Part shown: one piece after another, positions 22,084 through 33,920 of the stretch | How the letters are laid out: the number at the start of each line of letters is the position of its first letter | Numbering within the stretch: the stretch's first letter is position 1 | Assembly (NCBI RefSeq): GCF_001194135.2 | Contig: NC_068986.1 | Coordinates: 87,994,630 to 88,030,544 of the forward strand | DNA length: 35,915 nucleotides | Source: Octopus bimaculoides | Lineage: Eukaryota | Direction of reading: 5' to 3' | The notes under the pieces: generated by a model | The model's input: the letters and a program-made list of their open reading frames with translations, nothing else | Database searches by the model: none | Told to the model about the DNA's origin: nothing | Translations under genes and position numbers: made by a program

Positions 22084-22708
22084 GTAGCTGACATATCCGG
22101 TAATTCCCAGGAAAGCGGGCTTATCCCTTGCTTCCGTTCTCATAATTGTTTCGCTAATCCAGTAACAACAATACAATGTATGTAGCCCTAAAATCGTGTA
22201 AAATGTTACGTACTAACAGGCTAATCAGATATGAAATAATAACAATTCATAGTAATTAACTGTGAAAAAAAGTTTTTGTGCGTCCCAAAGAGAATATTAC
22301 CCTCAGCAGCGCTAGTATTGGTATATTCGTGAATAAGTCACCAACCGAAATAAGTGGATCTATTGTTTAGGAGCATACTATTTACTTGTTTAAGCGTTAT
22401 ATTTGATAAATAGAGAAAATAAGTAAAATAGTTATAAAATACTAAGAAATAAGCATACTGAAAATGAATGGGTTATTTTCCTTGGTGGTTATTTCCAGGA
22501 GGCTATGGGTTATTTCCCTTGGAAGCTTAAAAATAATTACTCCCACCGTTCACTCACGCCAAAATGTCATTCCTCCCACCGTTTACCCGAACATTTTTTT
22601 CGAAATCANNNNNNNNNNNNNNNNNNNNNNNNNNNNNNNNNNNNNNNNNNNNNNNNNNNNNNNNNNNNNNNNNNNNNNNNNNNNNNNNNNNNNNTAATAA
22701 TAATAATA

Positions 22709-22753
<45 letters not shown>

Positions 22754-22754
22754 T

Positions 22755-22920
22755 AACATACAGAAAATTGCACTACTGGGTACTGCACACATACTACGCA
22801 AAACACTTTCAATACAGTAAACATAAGAGCACCACAGCAAACCACAGCACATACCCAAGGCGCACAGAGCTGCGCTCGGTAGTGAAGTGAAAGCACGTTA
22901 TAAAACTAAAACTACTGAAC
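22755..22920 (+). mobile_element. Very short 3' end of an R4/Dong LINE embedded in (AAT)n
   Basis: NIQKIALLGTAHILRKTLSIQ* (stop 22818-22820) is the Q.A.LLGTA.ILR terminus of R4/Dong ORFs. About 100 bp of 3' UTR follow. (AAT)n lies on both sides (22695-22752, 22921-22991). Confidence 0.85.
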
Positions 22921-22992
<72 letters not shown>

Positions 22993-23592
22993 CGCATTAT
23001 GTAAAAAATACGCCCTGTAGCTATTTATTTAACATTTATTATCTTCGTGGTTGATAGAATACGTAGCAGATATATTCTGATGCTGAGGTTATCCTTCTCC
23101 CTACGATCACACCAGAAATCATCTGGCTATGCAGAAAAGTCAAAAGCCACAGCAGCAACATTAACAAAACTAACGAGAACGACAACCGCAAAAGTGGGCC
23201 AATGGGGGTACTCTCTACATAGTTGCTTGACTTATTAGAAATAGAAATAGTAGCAAAATTCCGCTCAAATAACATAACCAGTGAGAGATTTTGTTTCCGT
23301 CGTCACCTGTCTCGCTAGAAATATCAGCAATTTTTTTCTAAAATGGTATAACCTGCTGTCTTGGAAAGGAATATGTTAGGCAATGCGGGGCAGGATACAT
23401 TATACCTGTAAAAATTAACGTTGCCAAATCTCCTACGAATCAATTCCTAACAGGTTAAAAGAGGAAGAGTATATTAGGTAATATATTCCTTGATATATTG
23501 TGTCCGAAATCAACACAATGGACCTGATTTACATAACAACCGAATCATAGATAAAGGAAAACATAAGTATTCCTCTCTTGCAAGTAGGCAAC

Positions 23593-23790
23593 GGCAGGAT
23601 TGAACTCAGAGCGCAAAACGCTGGAACAAATATCCGGAAGTCATTCTATCCGACTTTCTTGCAGTTCTACCAATGCACCGTACATTTTTTTTTCTCGACC
23701 CCTGACAGGATGAAGGACAAAGTTGACCCCGTCCAGATTTGATCTCAGAACACCGAGTTTCAGAACAGATACCGCGAGGCAGTCTTTCAC
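23593..23790 (-). mobile_element. Old, degenerate CORE-type SINE pieces (two partial units)
   Basis: GGCAGGATTGAACTCAGAGCG and TCGACCCCTGACAGGATGAAGGACAAAGTTGACCCCGTCCAGATTTGATCTCAGAAC are diverged versions of the B-box/core segment of the main SINE. Confidence 0.6.
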
Positions 23791-24974
23791 ACGCTCTCTG
23801 ACACTTTTTAGTGTTGAAACCTTGGTTACCTCTGATTGTATGGCTCTATAATCAAATGTCTTGCACTTGTGGTTATCCAGTCCCGAGCGACACTTTTATG
23901 GAAGCGGCACATTTGGATCCGTGCAATATGTTCTAATTTTTGTGGAGCGGGTGGTACAAAACGCAAGAACTTACACGGAATTACGTCACTGAGATCATCC
24001 ATTGTTATTTTCTAGCATAGTGTATGATTTGAGGGGTATTTGATTGATATTTCTAACAGGTGGTACAACCGCGTAGAGGTTCACTCGTAGGTTGGTTAAT
24101 TTTACCGTTATGAAAACAGGTCGTCTCGGTGAAGTTTTATATTTAATGAGAATTTATATATACACAGTGTTATCAAATATTTCCCAACACCTGTAATACT
24201 TACATTTTATTTGAACTGTAACAGCTGCAGTAAGACACAGAAATTAATTGCTCCGAATGTTTTCTCTATAAATAATCGGAGAATTTAGACAAAACTACCG
24301 ACGCTTCAACCACAACAACAAGCAGAACAGCAACAACAACAGCAGCACCTATAACAAGGGGAACAAATCTGTAATTACAGAAATATGTCAATGTGGATTT
24401 ACATGAATAATTGGTGATATCTCACATTGTTACTTGCATACCTTGTTTCTGAATGTAATAAAATCTATTCTCTTTTCTAGATCGATGTATCTATCAAGTA
24501 CCAGTCAAAATTTCTCATATAACTTTGACTTTCCGACTGATAACAAACTAATTTTGTTTCAATATACTGAAGAGAAACAATTCAGTCTGTTACCTGTGTA
24601 TATTCTAGTGTTACTGGTGATATAACAAATGACTTCGGAAATATGGCATACATTCAATAATTCCGATTTAACTTTTCTTAACTTCCTTGGACTTTATATA
24701 AATCAATACTAATTTTCAAACGAAAACTATTTTTTCCCTTCAAATACAATCAAATAAAACAAATTTCTGATATGTATGATTCCTCCTATAACTGCTGCCA
24801 TTTAATTCCTCTTCTCTCTATCCTCTGCCTCTAGAATTCTTTCTCTCTCATTCTGTATGTGTGTGTATGTGTGTGTGTGTGTGTGTGTACATACACACAT
24901 GTATGTACAGGCATGCATATATTCATGCATGTATATACACACATATAGTTTAGTTGCTGAGAACTGAACCTGAA

Positions 24975-25730
24975 GAAAAGAGTATTGCCAATGATATGAA
25001 ATTTGCAAGCCCACCAAGACCAGCCAGCTAGATGTCTTTAATGATCCATTTGATTGATGCAGTTCAACACCGATAAGAAACAGATGAGCAGAGACATGAC
25101 TTCAGAGAGACAACATTTTAGGGAGAAAGGACTACTACAGGGCTGGAAGCAACAGGGGTGAGTATAAGTTGGCGAGTAGAAGTTGTGCGCGACAAGCCTC
25201 CTCAGAAAAGCAGAAACCATTAGAGTAACAATGAAAAGGGCAGAGAAAGGAGACAACACGATTGTGAGTCAGAGATTGAAAAGTGATTACCAGTGATATA
25301 ATGCCAAAACACTTGAATGGGATCCTATGGATACGGCCTTGGATGTTTTCGTGACTAGCAGCCGCACAGTCGCAGATGCAAGAGCAGTAATGTTGTAGGA
25401 TCCTCAGATAAGCATTGCTGAACGTCAGAAATTTTTGGTGAGTGAAATATTTTTGGCTCTGAAAAAGCGCCAGTCTTTATGATGTGGCCATTGATATGTT
25501 GAAGATATGCTTTCGCCACGAGACACACTTGGTAAATTCAATACCTAGTAGTTAGAACAGCGATGACTCTAGCTGAATGCCACCTATGTTTAGGAGTGTA
25601 TATTGCGGTGGTATTTTGCAGATATGAGTAGTGCTTAGTTTTGCCTTTCACTTTTACCTTTATTCTCTGTTATTAGACATCAGACAGGCACGGCTCCAAG
25701 GATGCTCTTCAGGTATGTATTCATGGAACC
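24975..25730 (-). mobile_element. Degenerate L2/Crack-like LINE 3' fragment (RT C-terminal region)
   Basis: Hand translation of the minus strand: LNIGGIQLESS..LGIEFTKCVSWRKHIFNISMATS*RLALF..KKYFTHQKFLTFSNAYLRILQHYCSCICDCAAASH...RIHRIPFKCFG...FQSLTHNRVVSFLCPFHCYSNGFC. This matches the LG....LSW..HI...A...L..L.R...YF.....YKA.IRP.LEYCS.IW...LDR.Q...L..RR.V..L..FYRY.NG.C pattern. Many stops and frameshifts. Confidence 0.75.
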
Positions 25731-26494
25731 GATGCAGGCCTGTTGCGTGCTGTACAAGTTGCATTTAAATATTACAAGGCACGTCAGACGACGCAATCCA
25801 ACCAAGGGTGAGAACACTAAGAAAACGAGTTTGTACAGTTAATATGGTAGATTATTTTACATGCATACAGCCAGGTTTCTAATTATATTTGTGACTACAC
25901 GGCTACATCGCTTCATGGTTGAGTGCTAATAAACTGAGAGACTGGATGTCCTGAAGTTTGTGGTTGAATAGATAAATGTTCGTTGGTCTCGCTGCCCTGA
26001 TGTTATCTTAATTAATATACAAGTCATTTTATACATCTTTATTTCATGTATGACTTCCTGCAGTGGCCCATGGAACGAATTAAATTGACCCCAATAATTC
26101 ATTGATAATTACTTTATTGATTGTAATACTACTGTTCTTCGTTGTGCTTTACGTAAATAATAGTCAAAATAATATGGTTTTAAATCGATATTTACATTTT
26201 AAAATATTAGCAGATTGATATACCTAACAGGATTGGCTTGATTACCGCAAATGTAGCGAATTGGCCTAGGACCAGGCACATGTATCACAATAATATGTGC
26301 GCGACATGGTGATCTCATATCAAGATAAACAGCGCGTTATCTTCCAGGTGGGGTGCAGTTACAATTTTCGTCAGGTCGAGTAGGCCATTCCACTGAATAA
26401 GGGTTTTTAACGATGTTGAAAGGAACACCCGTGTTTCCAATGGTGAATCGGACCAGATGGGATTCATGGCTTCTGCCTGAAGAGATGTCGCGCG

Positions 26495-28735
26495 GTGCAT
26501 GAAAGACTAGCAGCCCAATTGAATGAGTGTGTCCAGAAAGGTACAGTCCCCGCGTGGATGGTGACTGGGAGGACAACACTTATAATGAATGGTAGAAGGA
26601 AGGGGAATATTGTGCGAAACTACCGTCCCATAGCATGCCTAAACATAATTTGGAAGATACTCACTGGAATATGTGCGGCAAAGACATACACTTTCCTGGC
26701 ACAGGAAGAAATACTACCAAGGGAACAAAAAAGATGTCGGAAGAGTTCCCAGGGTACCAAGGATTATCTCGTCATCGATAAAACAGTTTTGAGGCATTGT
26801 AAAAACATTATACAAACATGTCTATGGCTTGGATTGACTTTAAGAAGGTGTATGATAAGCTGCCTCATTCTTGTATCATTGAATGCCTGCAGATGTTTGG
26901 TGTTGCTGATAACATCACAAATTTTCTGATACATTTCATAAACGTGTGGAAAACCAAATTGTACTGAAGTAATGTATTACCTAGAGAAGTTAATATTAAA
27001 AGGGGAATCGTCCAAGGTCACTCGTTTTCTCCGTTACTTTTTGGAATTGCACTAATACCCATAACATTGACACTTTGGAAAGTTAAGATAGGTTAGCTAT
27101 GAAGAAAGAAAGGCCCATTATTGAACCATCTTCTGTTTATAGATGACCTGGAATTGTTTGGGAAATCTGAAAAACAGACAGATTCCTAAATCAGTCCAGA
27201 AGTGTGGTAGGGACAATTCTGACAGTCCAGAAGTGTGGTAGGGACGTCGGTATGGAATTTGGGATTTCCAAATGGTCAGTACTTAATAGGAAAAGAAGGA
27301 AGAAAGCAGCCTGCAGAGGATTGCGGTTACAATCAAGAGAAAACTTGGGTGAATCCGGCGGTAGTAGGTATAGATATTTAGGGATTTTGGAGCTGGATGA
27401 CATTCTCCACAGAGAAATGAAAGTCAAGGTCAGCGAAGCGAATTAAAAAAAGGGTGAAGATGGTTTGGAATCTAAGCTGAATGCCAAAAATTTGATTACC
27501 GCAATGAATATCTAGGCAGTTGCGGTGGTCAGATATAGTGCGTCTATCCTTAAATGGACTAAGGACGAAATATCAACACTGGATAGAAGGACGCGAAAGT
27601 TGATGACGCTGCATGAGGCGCTACACTCTAAAGCAAGCGTAAACAGATTGTATATGAAAAGAAAGAATGGTGGCAAAGAACTAATTAGTATAGACCATTG
27701 TATAAGGAGTGAAAGGAGAACACTTGCCGAGTATTTGATAAATAGTGATGAAGACTTGCTGCATTATGCTGCGAAAGATATAGATGTAAATACAGATGAA
27801 ATGATAGGCAAGGAAGAGTTTAACCAAAGAGCTGAGGAGAAGAGAAAAGAAGACCTTCTTGAAATGAGAATGCATAGACCGTTTGAAAAGAATACACAAG
27901 ACGTTAAGGATAATACAGCATCGTGGGTATGGCTTGAGCGAAGGTGATTTGTATCGTACCACCGAAATCATGATCATTGCTGAACAAGACCAAGCCCTCA
28001 CTACCAATTCAGTGAAGTATAACATCTATAAAACTTCTGATACCCAGAAATGCAGACTCTGTGGAAAGATTGTGGAAAATGTGATCCACTAGGTAAGTGG
28101 AAATGAGAGCCTTGCACAAAAAGAATACAAGCGTCACCACGATAAAGTGTGTGTTCATCTTCATTGGCTTTTATGCCGTAAATACCAATATGAAGTAACA
28201 GGGAAGTGGTATGAGAATGTACCAAGTAAAGTTATGCAGGGGGATGAAAAAGTAATGATACTCTGGGACTATGATTTTCAGACAGATCGTGTAATGAAGC
28301 ACCATCGGCCGGATTTTGCCATATTGAATAAGAGAGAAAAATACTGTCAGATTATTGATGCAGCCATATCAAATGATATGAATGTTGTGAGTAAAGAGGT
28401 TTAAAAATCAATCATCATCTACTCCAAATTGAAAGTGGTAATGGCAAGACTGTATAGATTGCGAGAGGGTAATGTATAAGTGATACGAGATGTGATCGGA
28501 GCGTTGGGCTCAATGCCATGGAAACTTCGAAACTTCCTAAGGCAACTAGAAATCCCATGCAAGATTGATGTCTTGCAAAAAGCAGCCTTATTGGGCACAG
28601 CGTACATCTTAAGGCAAACATTATCCGTCTGAGATCCTTGTTGTGACTTGACAGATGACTAAAGACTCCGGTCATGTATACCTATACTGTTGCGAAGGAT
28701 TAATAATAATAATAAGAAGAAGAAGAAGAAGAATA
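26495..28735 (+). mobile_element. 5'-truncated R4/Dong-clade non-LTR retrotransposon (RT, CCHC knuckle, RLE), inactive
   Basis: GRTTLI..NYRPIACLNIIWKILTGI, EQKRCRK.SQGTKDYLVID, KRGIVQGHSFSPLLF, LNHLLFIDDLELF (RT); Y+YLGILE; CRLCGK..ENV.H; HDKVC..LHW.LC; ILWDYDFQTDR...RPDFAI....CQIIDAA (RLE); LQKAALLGTAYILRQTLSV*. Ends in an (AAT)n/(AGA)n tail at about 28700-28735. Multiple stops and frameshifts. Confidence 0.95.
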
Positions 28736-28752
28736 CATCTACCGCATTGTTT

Positions 28753-28894
28753 TACTGGTACTTAATTTATTGATCCCGAAAGGATAGAAGGCAAAGTCGA
28801 CCTCAGCGAAATTTGAACTCAGAATGTAAAGACGGACGAAATACCGCTAAGCATTTTGCCCGGCGAGCTAAATATTCTACTAGCTCGCTGCCCT
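28753..28894 (-). mobile_element. CORE-type SINE lacking its tail
   Basis: Minus strand: AGGGCAGCGAGCTAGTAGAATATTTAGC head, GAGTTCAAATTTC B-box, core ending GATCAATAAATTAAGTACCAG; no tail before the Dong tail. Confidence 0.85.
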
Positions 28895-28936
28895 GAGCTC
28901 GCCGCCCAAACCTCGGCAACAAATAATAATAATAAT

Positions 28937-28970
<34 letters not shown>

Positions 28971-29133
28971 TGCACTACTGGACACTGCACACATCCTACG
29001 CAAAACACTTTCAATACAGTAACCATAAGAGCATCACAGCAAACCACAGTACACACCCAAGGCACACAGAGCTGCGCACGGTAGTGAAGTGAAAGCACGC
29101 TATAAAAATAAAACTACTGAATAATAATAATAA
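28971..29133 (+). mobile_element. Second very short R4/Dong 3' end embedded in (AAT)n
   Basis: About 93% identical to 22770-22918 (11 differences over about 150 nt by hand alignment); (AAT)n on both sides. Confidence 0.85.
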
Positions 29134-29154
29134 AAATAGCAATCCCTATTATCA

Positions 29155-29199
29155 CATATTATCATCATCATCAGGATCGAAACTATCATCGCCACCACC

Positions 29200-29268
<69 letters not shown>

Positions 29269-29440
29269 TCAGCCGCCGCTAAAATCAGCAACACCGATCA
29301 ACATCATAACCATGACCACTATAACCACCAGCTGCCCCACAATAGCCATCACCACTACTACCAAAACCATCAGAACTAGCACCACCATATTGACACCACC
29401 ACCACCACCACCACCACTATCACCACCATCGTCGTCATGA
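29155..29440. repeat. (CAT)n/(CAC)n compound microsatellite region
   Basis: Directly visible; explains the poly-M/V and poly-G ORFs. Confidence 0.93.
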
Positions 29441-30556
29441 TTCGTCCGCCAGTGTCTCTGTGTAATCTTACTTTCTAACTTAATAAAGCCAATAGACACC
29501 ATTTAGCTGGAGGCCAGATAAACTGTTTATGACTTATTGTTCCGTTGACAACTATCATTTTGGACAATATCAAATGGTATTTTCTTAGCCGAAACTTCCA
29601 ACACTAGACAGCTTCAACGTATGCCTGATATTGGTGTACGGATTACACCGCAAGATGGCACTACCTATAAGACGCACACATCATAGAAGAAGCTTTACTC
29701 GATTTCGTCTTTGTTTTATTTTTTATTCTATATTTTTTACTTTAATTATATTTTTTGGCTTAATTTCATATGATACTTTATATTATTTTCTTCCGTTTCT
29801 TCTTGTTTTTTTTTTTTTTTTTTACTTAATTTTGCCCGTAAAGTTTATCTGTATCTATGGGATTACAACCAAGTCTTCAATTTGAATAAGCTGTTGCTAA
29901 TGATTAAATCACATCTGCTATATCAGAATGGAGACTTTTTATTATATTCTTCTATTCTTTTATTCTTAATTTATTTGGTTTCTTTATATTTTTCGTATCT
30001 GTTTTCTTTTCTTTATTTTTCTTTTACCTCTTATTTTTTTTTATCCCTTCCATTTTCTTTTTCTGTTTCTTCTTTTTTTTTTTTTCAATTTCGGATGTGG
30101 CCGTCACTCTTCGCCATTTTACTTTCTATCGATCAGTGAAAATTGTTCAGCGAGTAATGTCGCCACCAGCTTCTGTGTAAACACATTTCCAGTTAGAATC
30201 TGAAAGCAATTCAATGATATACAATAACGAATTTCACTCTCCTATGACATCATTGTTATAATAGACACACTTTTAGAGTGTTTCATTTCCTTATAGGTTC
30301 CATGTAAAAATGTCTCTCATACGATCCTCCACCTCCCTCCACCTCCATCCACTAAGCTTTTATCATTGAAATAACGAGAGATCTTTCCAGAAAGAATTGA
30401 TACATTTATGTGATTCCTTTGGTTTATTTCGAAAACTATTATAACGTTGACAGAAACATCAAATCAGACTCATATACAGTCACAGGTACACCCACACAAA
30501 CAGACACACACACACACAGACACACACACACACACACACACAGACAGACACACACA

Positions 30557-30587
<31 letters not shown>

Positions 30588-30931
30588 GATCATACCATGG
30601 ATGCACTCACCTTCTCTCCTCCTCTCATTATATATACATATATACATGTATGTATATATANNNNNNNNNNNNNNNNNNNNNNNNNNNNNNNNNNNNNNNN
30701 NNNNNNNNNNNNNNNNNNNNNNNNNNNNNNNNNNNNNNNNNNNNNNNNNNNNNNNNNNNNNNNNNNNNNNNNNNNNNNNNNNNNNNNNNNNNNNNNNNNN
30801 NNNNNNNNNNNNNNNNNNNNNNNNNNNNNNNNNNNNNNNNNNNNNNNNNNNNNNNNNNNNNNNNNNNNNNNNNNNNNNNNNNNNNNNNNNNNNNNNNNNN
30901 NNNNNNNNNNNNNNNNNNNNNNNNNNNTCTA

Positions 30932-30990
<59 letters not shown>

Positions 30991-31074
30991 ACATACATAT
31001 ATATACATAAATGCATATATGTATGGAAGCACTCAAATGCATACGAGCATACTTCCACTTCAATACTTACTCTC

Positions 31075-31212
31075 CATCATCATCATTATCATCATCATCA
31101 CCATCTTTGTTTTCATCATCGTCGTCATCATCATTATTATCACCATCATCATTATAATCATCCTCATCACCATCATCACCATCATCATTAGCATCATTAT
31201 TATCATTATCAC
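31075..31212. repeat. Imperfect (CAT)n/(TAT)n microsatellite
   Basis: Directly visible; explains the poly-H/I ORFs. Confidence 0.92.
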
Positions 31213-32179
31213 TATTGCTGTCTTCAGCGCTCACCGACATCGTCCAAAACCATTCTTATTGCTCGTTCCTTTACAATTCTTTTAACAGAATTTTACCAAA
31301 TTAGTTGAAGTAATTTTAAAGTCAGCACCAATATCATGAAAGCTCTTTCAGCCATAACTCATTCTGCTAAAATGAATTTTCTCTCTTGTGTGGAGCAAGG
31401 TGAATTGTTAGGAGATTAATCAAGTAAAATGGATATTATACGCAGAGTGGACTAAATGATACATAATAGTTCTGCCGAAATTTCCATTGTTATTGCACAG
31501 AGTTGACTGAAGAATATGCCGCGGACAATGTAATTTGATTGCAGTAATTTCGAAACTCCAAAGAAAGCGATACCAGTCGCCAGCAAATGGAATTATAGCA
31601 GAATAGGGTCAAACCCTCGGCCTTCGTTAAGAATCTAATCATCTGTTACGTGGCTTTCTAAGAAATCAAACGAACTCCACTGGTGTATTCTTGTATGAAT
31701 ACATACATGCGTACATACGTACATACACACATTTACATACACACATTTACATACATATATACATACATACATATATATATATATANNNNNNNNNNNNNNN
31801 NNNNNNNNNNNNNNNNNNNNNNNNNNNNNNNNNNNNNNNNNNNNNNNNNNNNNNNNNNNNNNNNNNNNNNNNNNNNNNNNNNNNNNNNNNNNNNNNNNNN
31901 NNNNNNNNNNNNNNNNNNNNNNNNNNNNNNNNNNNNNNNNNNNNNNNNNNNNNNNNNNNNNNNNNNNNNNNNNNNNNATATATGTACATATATATGCATG
32001 CATGAATGTATATATGTATGTATGTATATTTGTATGTAAGTGTGTGTAAGTGTTTGTATTTGTATATGCTTATACACATCCATGGATATGCATATATCCA
32101 TTCATCCATGTGCACACTGACACATGTATAGATAGACAGATAGATAGATACATAACGATATGTATACATGTATATATAT

Positions 32180-32256
<77 letters not shown>

Positions 32257-33003
32257 ACAGAGAGACAAGCATACACGCATATACACACACAAACACACAC
32301 ATATATGTAGATATGTATTCGTATGCATGTTTTTGTGACAGCGTGTTCAAATGCATGTGTATGTATGTCTGTGTTTGGGTGGGTGTATACTCTCTATGTG
32401 TATACTTGCATGTGTCTTCAATTGTCCCGTAGTCAAGAAGTGTATTTTTGTTTATTGTTGTTGTCTGATTTTAAATTGCTGCACATGGCATGTTCCGTTT
32501 CGAAATAAATAATCAAAATAATGGAGAAGTAGACAAATGTATAAAGGAAACGTTAAAAAAAAATCATTACGTTCTATTTTTAAACTAGATTTGTATCTTT
32601 AGCACATGTCTTTGTCGCTTCTTACCAGGCAATGGGAAAAATTAGTGTTGAAGGACGATTTAACTGGAGTGTGGTTAAATGCTCTAATCAGTTTTGAATG
32701 AAAATATATGTCTAGCTTCGCAGATGGGAAGAATTGGAATTGGCACTAAACATTCTTGAATTTAGATTACAAGAACCATTGTGTACTTCTAGCTTCTTAT
32801 ACGATTGATGTACAGCGAATACCAGTCTGATAAAAATGAACCATTATTGCAGCTGTTATCCTTAATACTATCAATGTATTACGAATTTTTACATTGATAT
32901 AAGTCCTAAGTTTATGGAAACCGAATATTGGAATTAACTTTACTATCGGAGATCTGTTTATCTTTTGGTCAGGAGGGAATAACTATGCTCTAGTCGTTGA
33001 TGA

Positions 33004-33216
33004 TCCTTTCTTCAAATAAATACAAAAGCTGAAATTCTGGGGGTGGGAATCGAGTCGATTACATCGGCATATTTGCTTGACTGGTACTTAATTAAGTACT
33101 GCTTGACTGGTACTTAATTTATCGAATCCGAACTCAAGTTATAATGACGAACACAATGCCAAATGCCGCTTGGCATTCTATCCAGCGTGCCAACGATTCT
33201 GCCAGATTGCCACCTT
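33004..33216 (-). mobile_element. CORE-type SINE with an internal duplication-inversion and a core deletion
   Basis: Head TTAAGGTGGCAATCTGGCAGAATCGTTGGCAC on the minus strand. GCTTGACTGGTACTTAATT occurs twice (33075-33093, 33101-33119). Most of the core is missing. Confidence 0.78.
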
Positions 33217-33238
33217 AATTTACCATTTAGCAAGAGTG

Positions 33239-33456
33239 AAGGCGGTGGACTTGGAGAATCATTAGCACACTCGGCAAAAATTATCATATTTCGTCCGTAT
33301 TTACGTTCTTAGTTGAAATTCCGCCGAGGTCGATTTTGCCTTTCCGCCTTTCAGGGTCGATAAAATAAGTACCAGTTGAACATGAACACTGGGGTCGATA
33401 TAATTGACTAGTTCCCTCTATCAATAGTCCATGCCTTGTGCCTTTAGTAGACACAA
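33239..33456 (+). mobile_element. CORE-type SINE (tail type A), head-to-head with 33004-33216
   Basis: AAGGCGGTGGACTTGGAGAATCATTAGC head, TAGTTGAAATTCC B-box-like, TTTGCCTTTCCGCCTTTCAGGGTCGATAAAATAAGTACCAG core, tail GCCTTGTGCCTTTAGTAGA. Confidence 0.85.
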
Positions 33457-33920
33457 TTATTAGCAAGAGTGAAATAGAAACGTAAGAACGACACCGTATT
33501 ACAGGGTCTAATAAATTTCTGCTTCTACACTACCTCTCGTTACACCTTAAACGGAAAATTTTGTAAACGATGTTAGAATTTAATATATACTTCCAGAACT
33601 TTCATCATAGCTACCTAGGCTGGTGTGGTACAAAATTTCAAAACGCTGCGTACACCACTTGTCAATCTAGAGTTTATATTGAGTGCCATTCAGAAGATGG
33701 TACGTTTTAAAGAAAAAATTCTTGGCTGTCATCCGTTGTGTACCGATTTACCCTTTAAATTTTAAGGGCTTTTTTCAGATTTTTTTTCTCAGACAGCGTG
33801 ATATCATCTGCAGACAGCGTGATATCCCGTTGAATCCCCAGTGCGAATCTGATTGTTAAGATCAGCTATCATGGATCAATAATACTGTCTATTTTTTTTT
33901 TTTTTTGATATAGGATGACA

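Noticed and set aside
22470-22590. Short repeated motifs GGTTATTTCC (three times) and CCCACCGTT (twice)
   Set aside because: Possibly subterminal repeats of a DNA transposon, but the adjacent gap hides the context and no matching terminus was found.
25399-25712. Two small exon-like pieces (25399-25437 DPQISIAERQKFL; 25677-25712) with GTGAGT/GTATGT donors
   Set aside because: Both fall inside the antisense degenerate L2-like RT fragment at 24975-25730.
26290-26490. GC-richer block directly upstream of the Dong element that looks like an interspersed repeat
   Set aside because: No protein motif, terminal structure or second copy in the window; its class cannot be supported. Its CTGACGA on the minus strand has no stem II or GAAA, so it is not a hammerhead.
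33790-33826. 16-bp direct repeat CAGACAGCGTGATATC twice with a 5-bp spacer
   Set aside because: Only two units; an ordinary slippage duplication. Nothing here resembles a CRISPR array.
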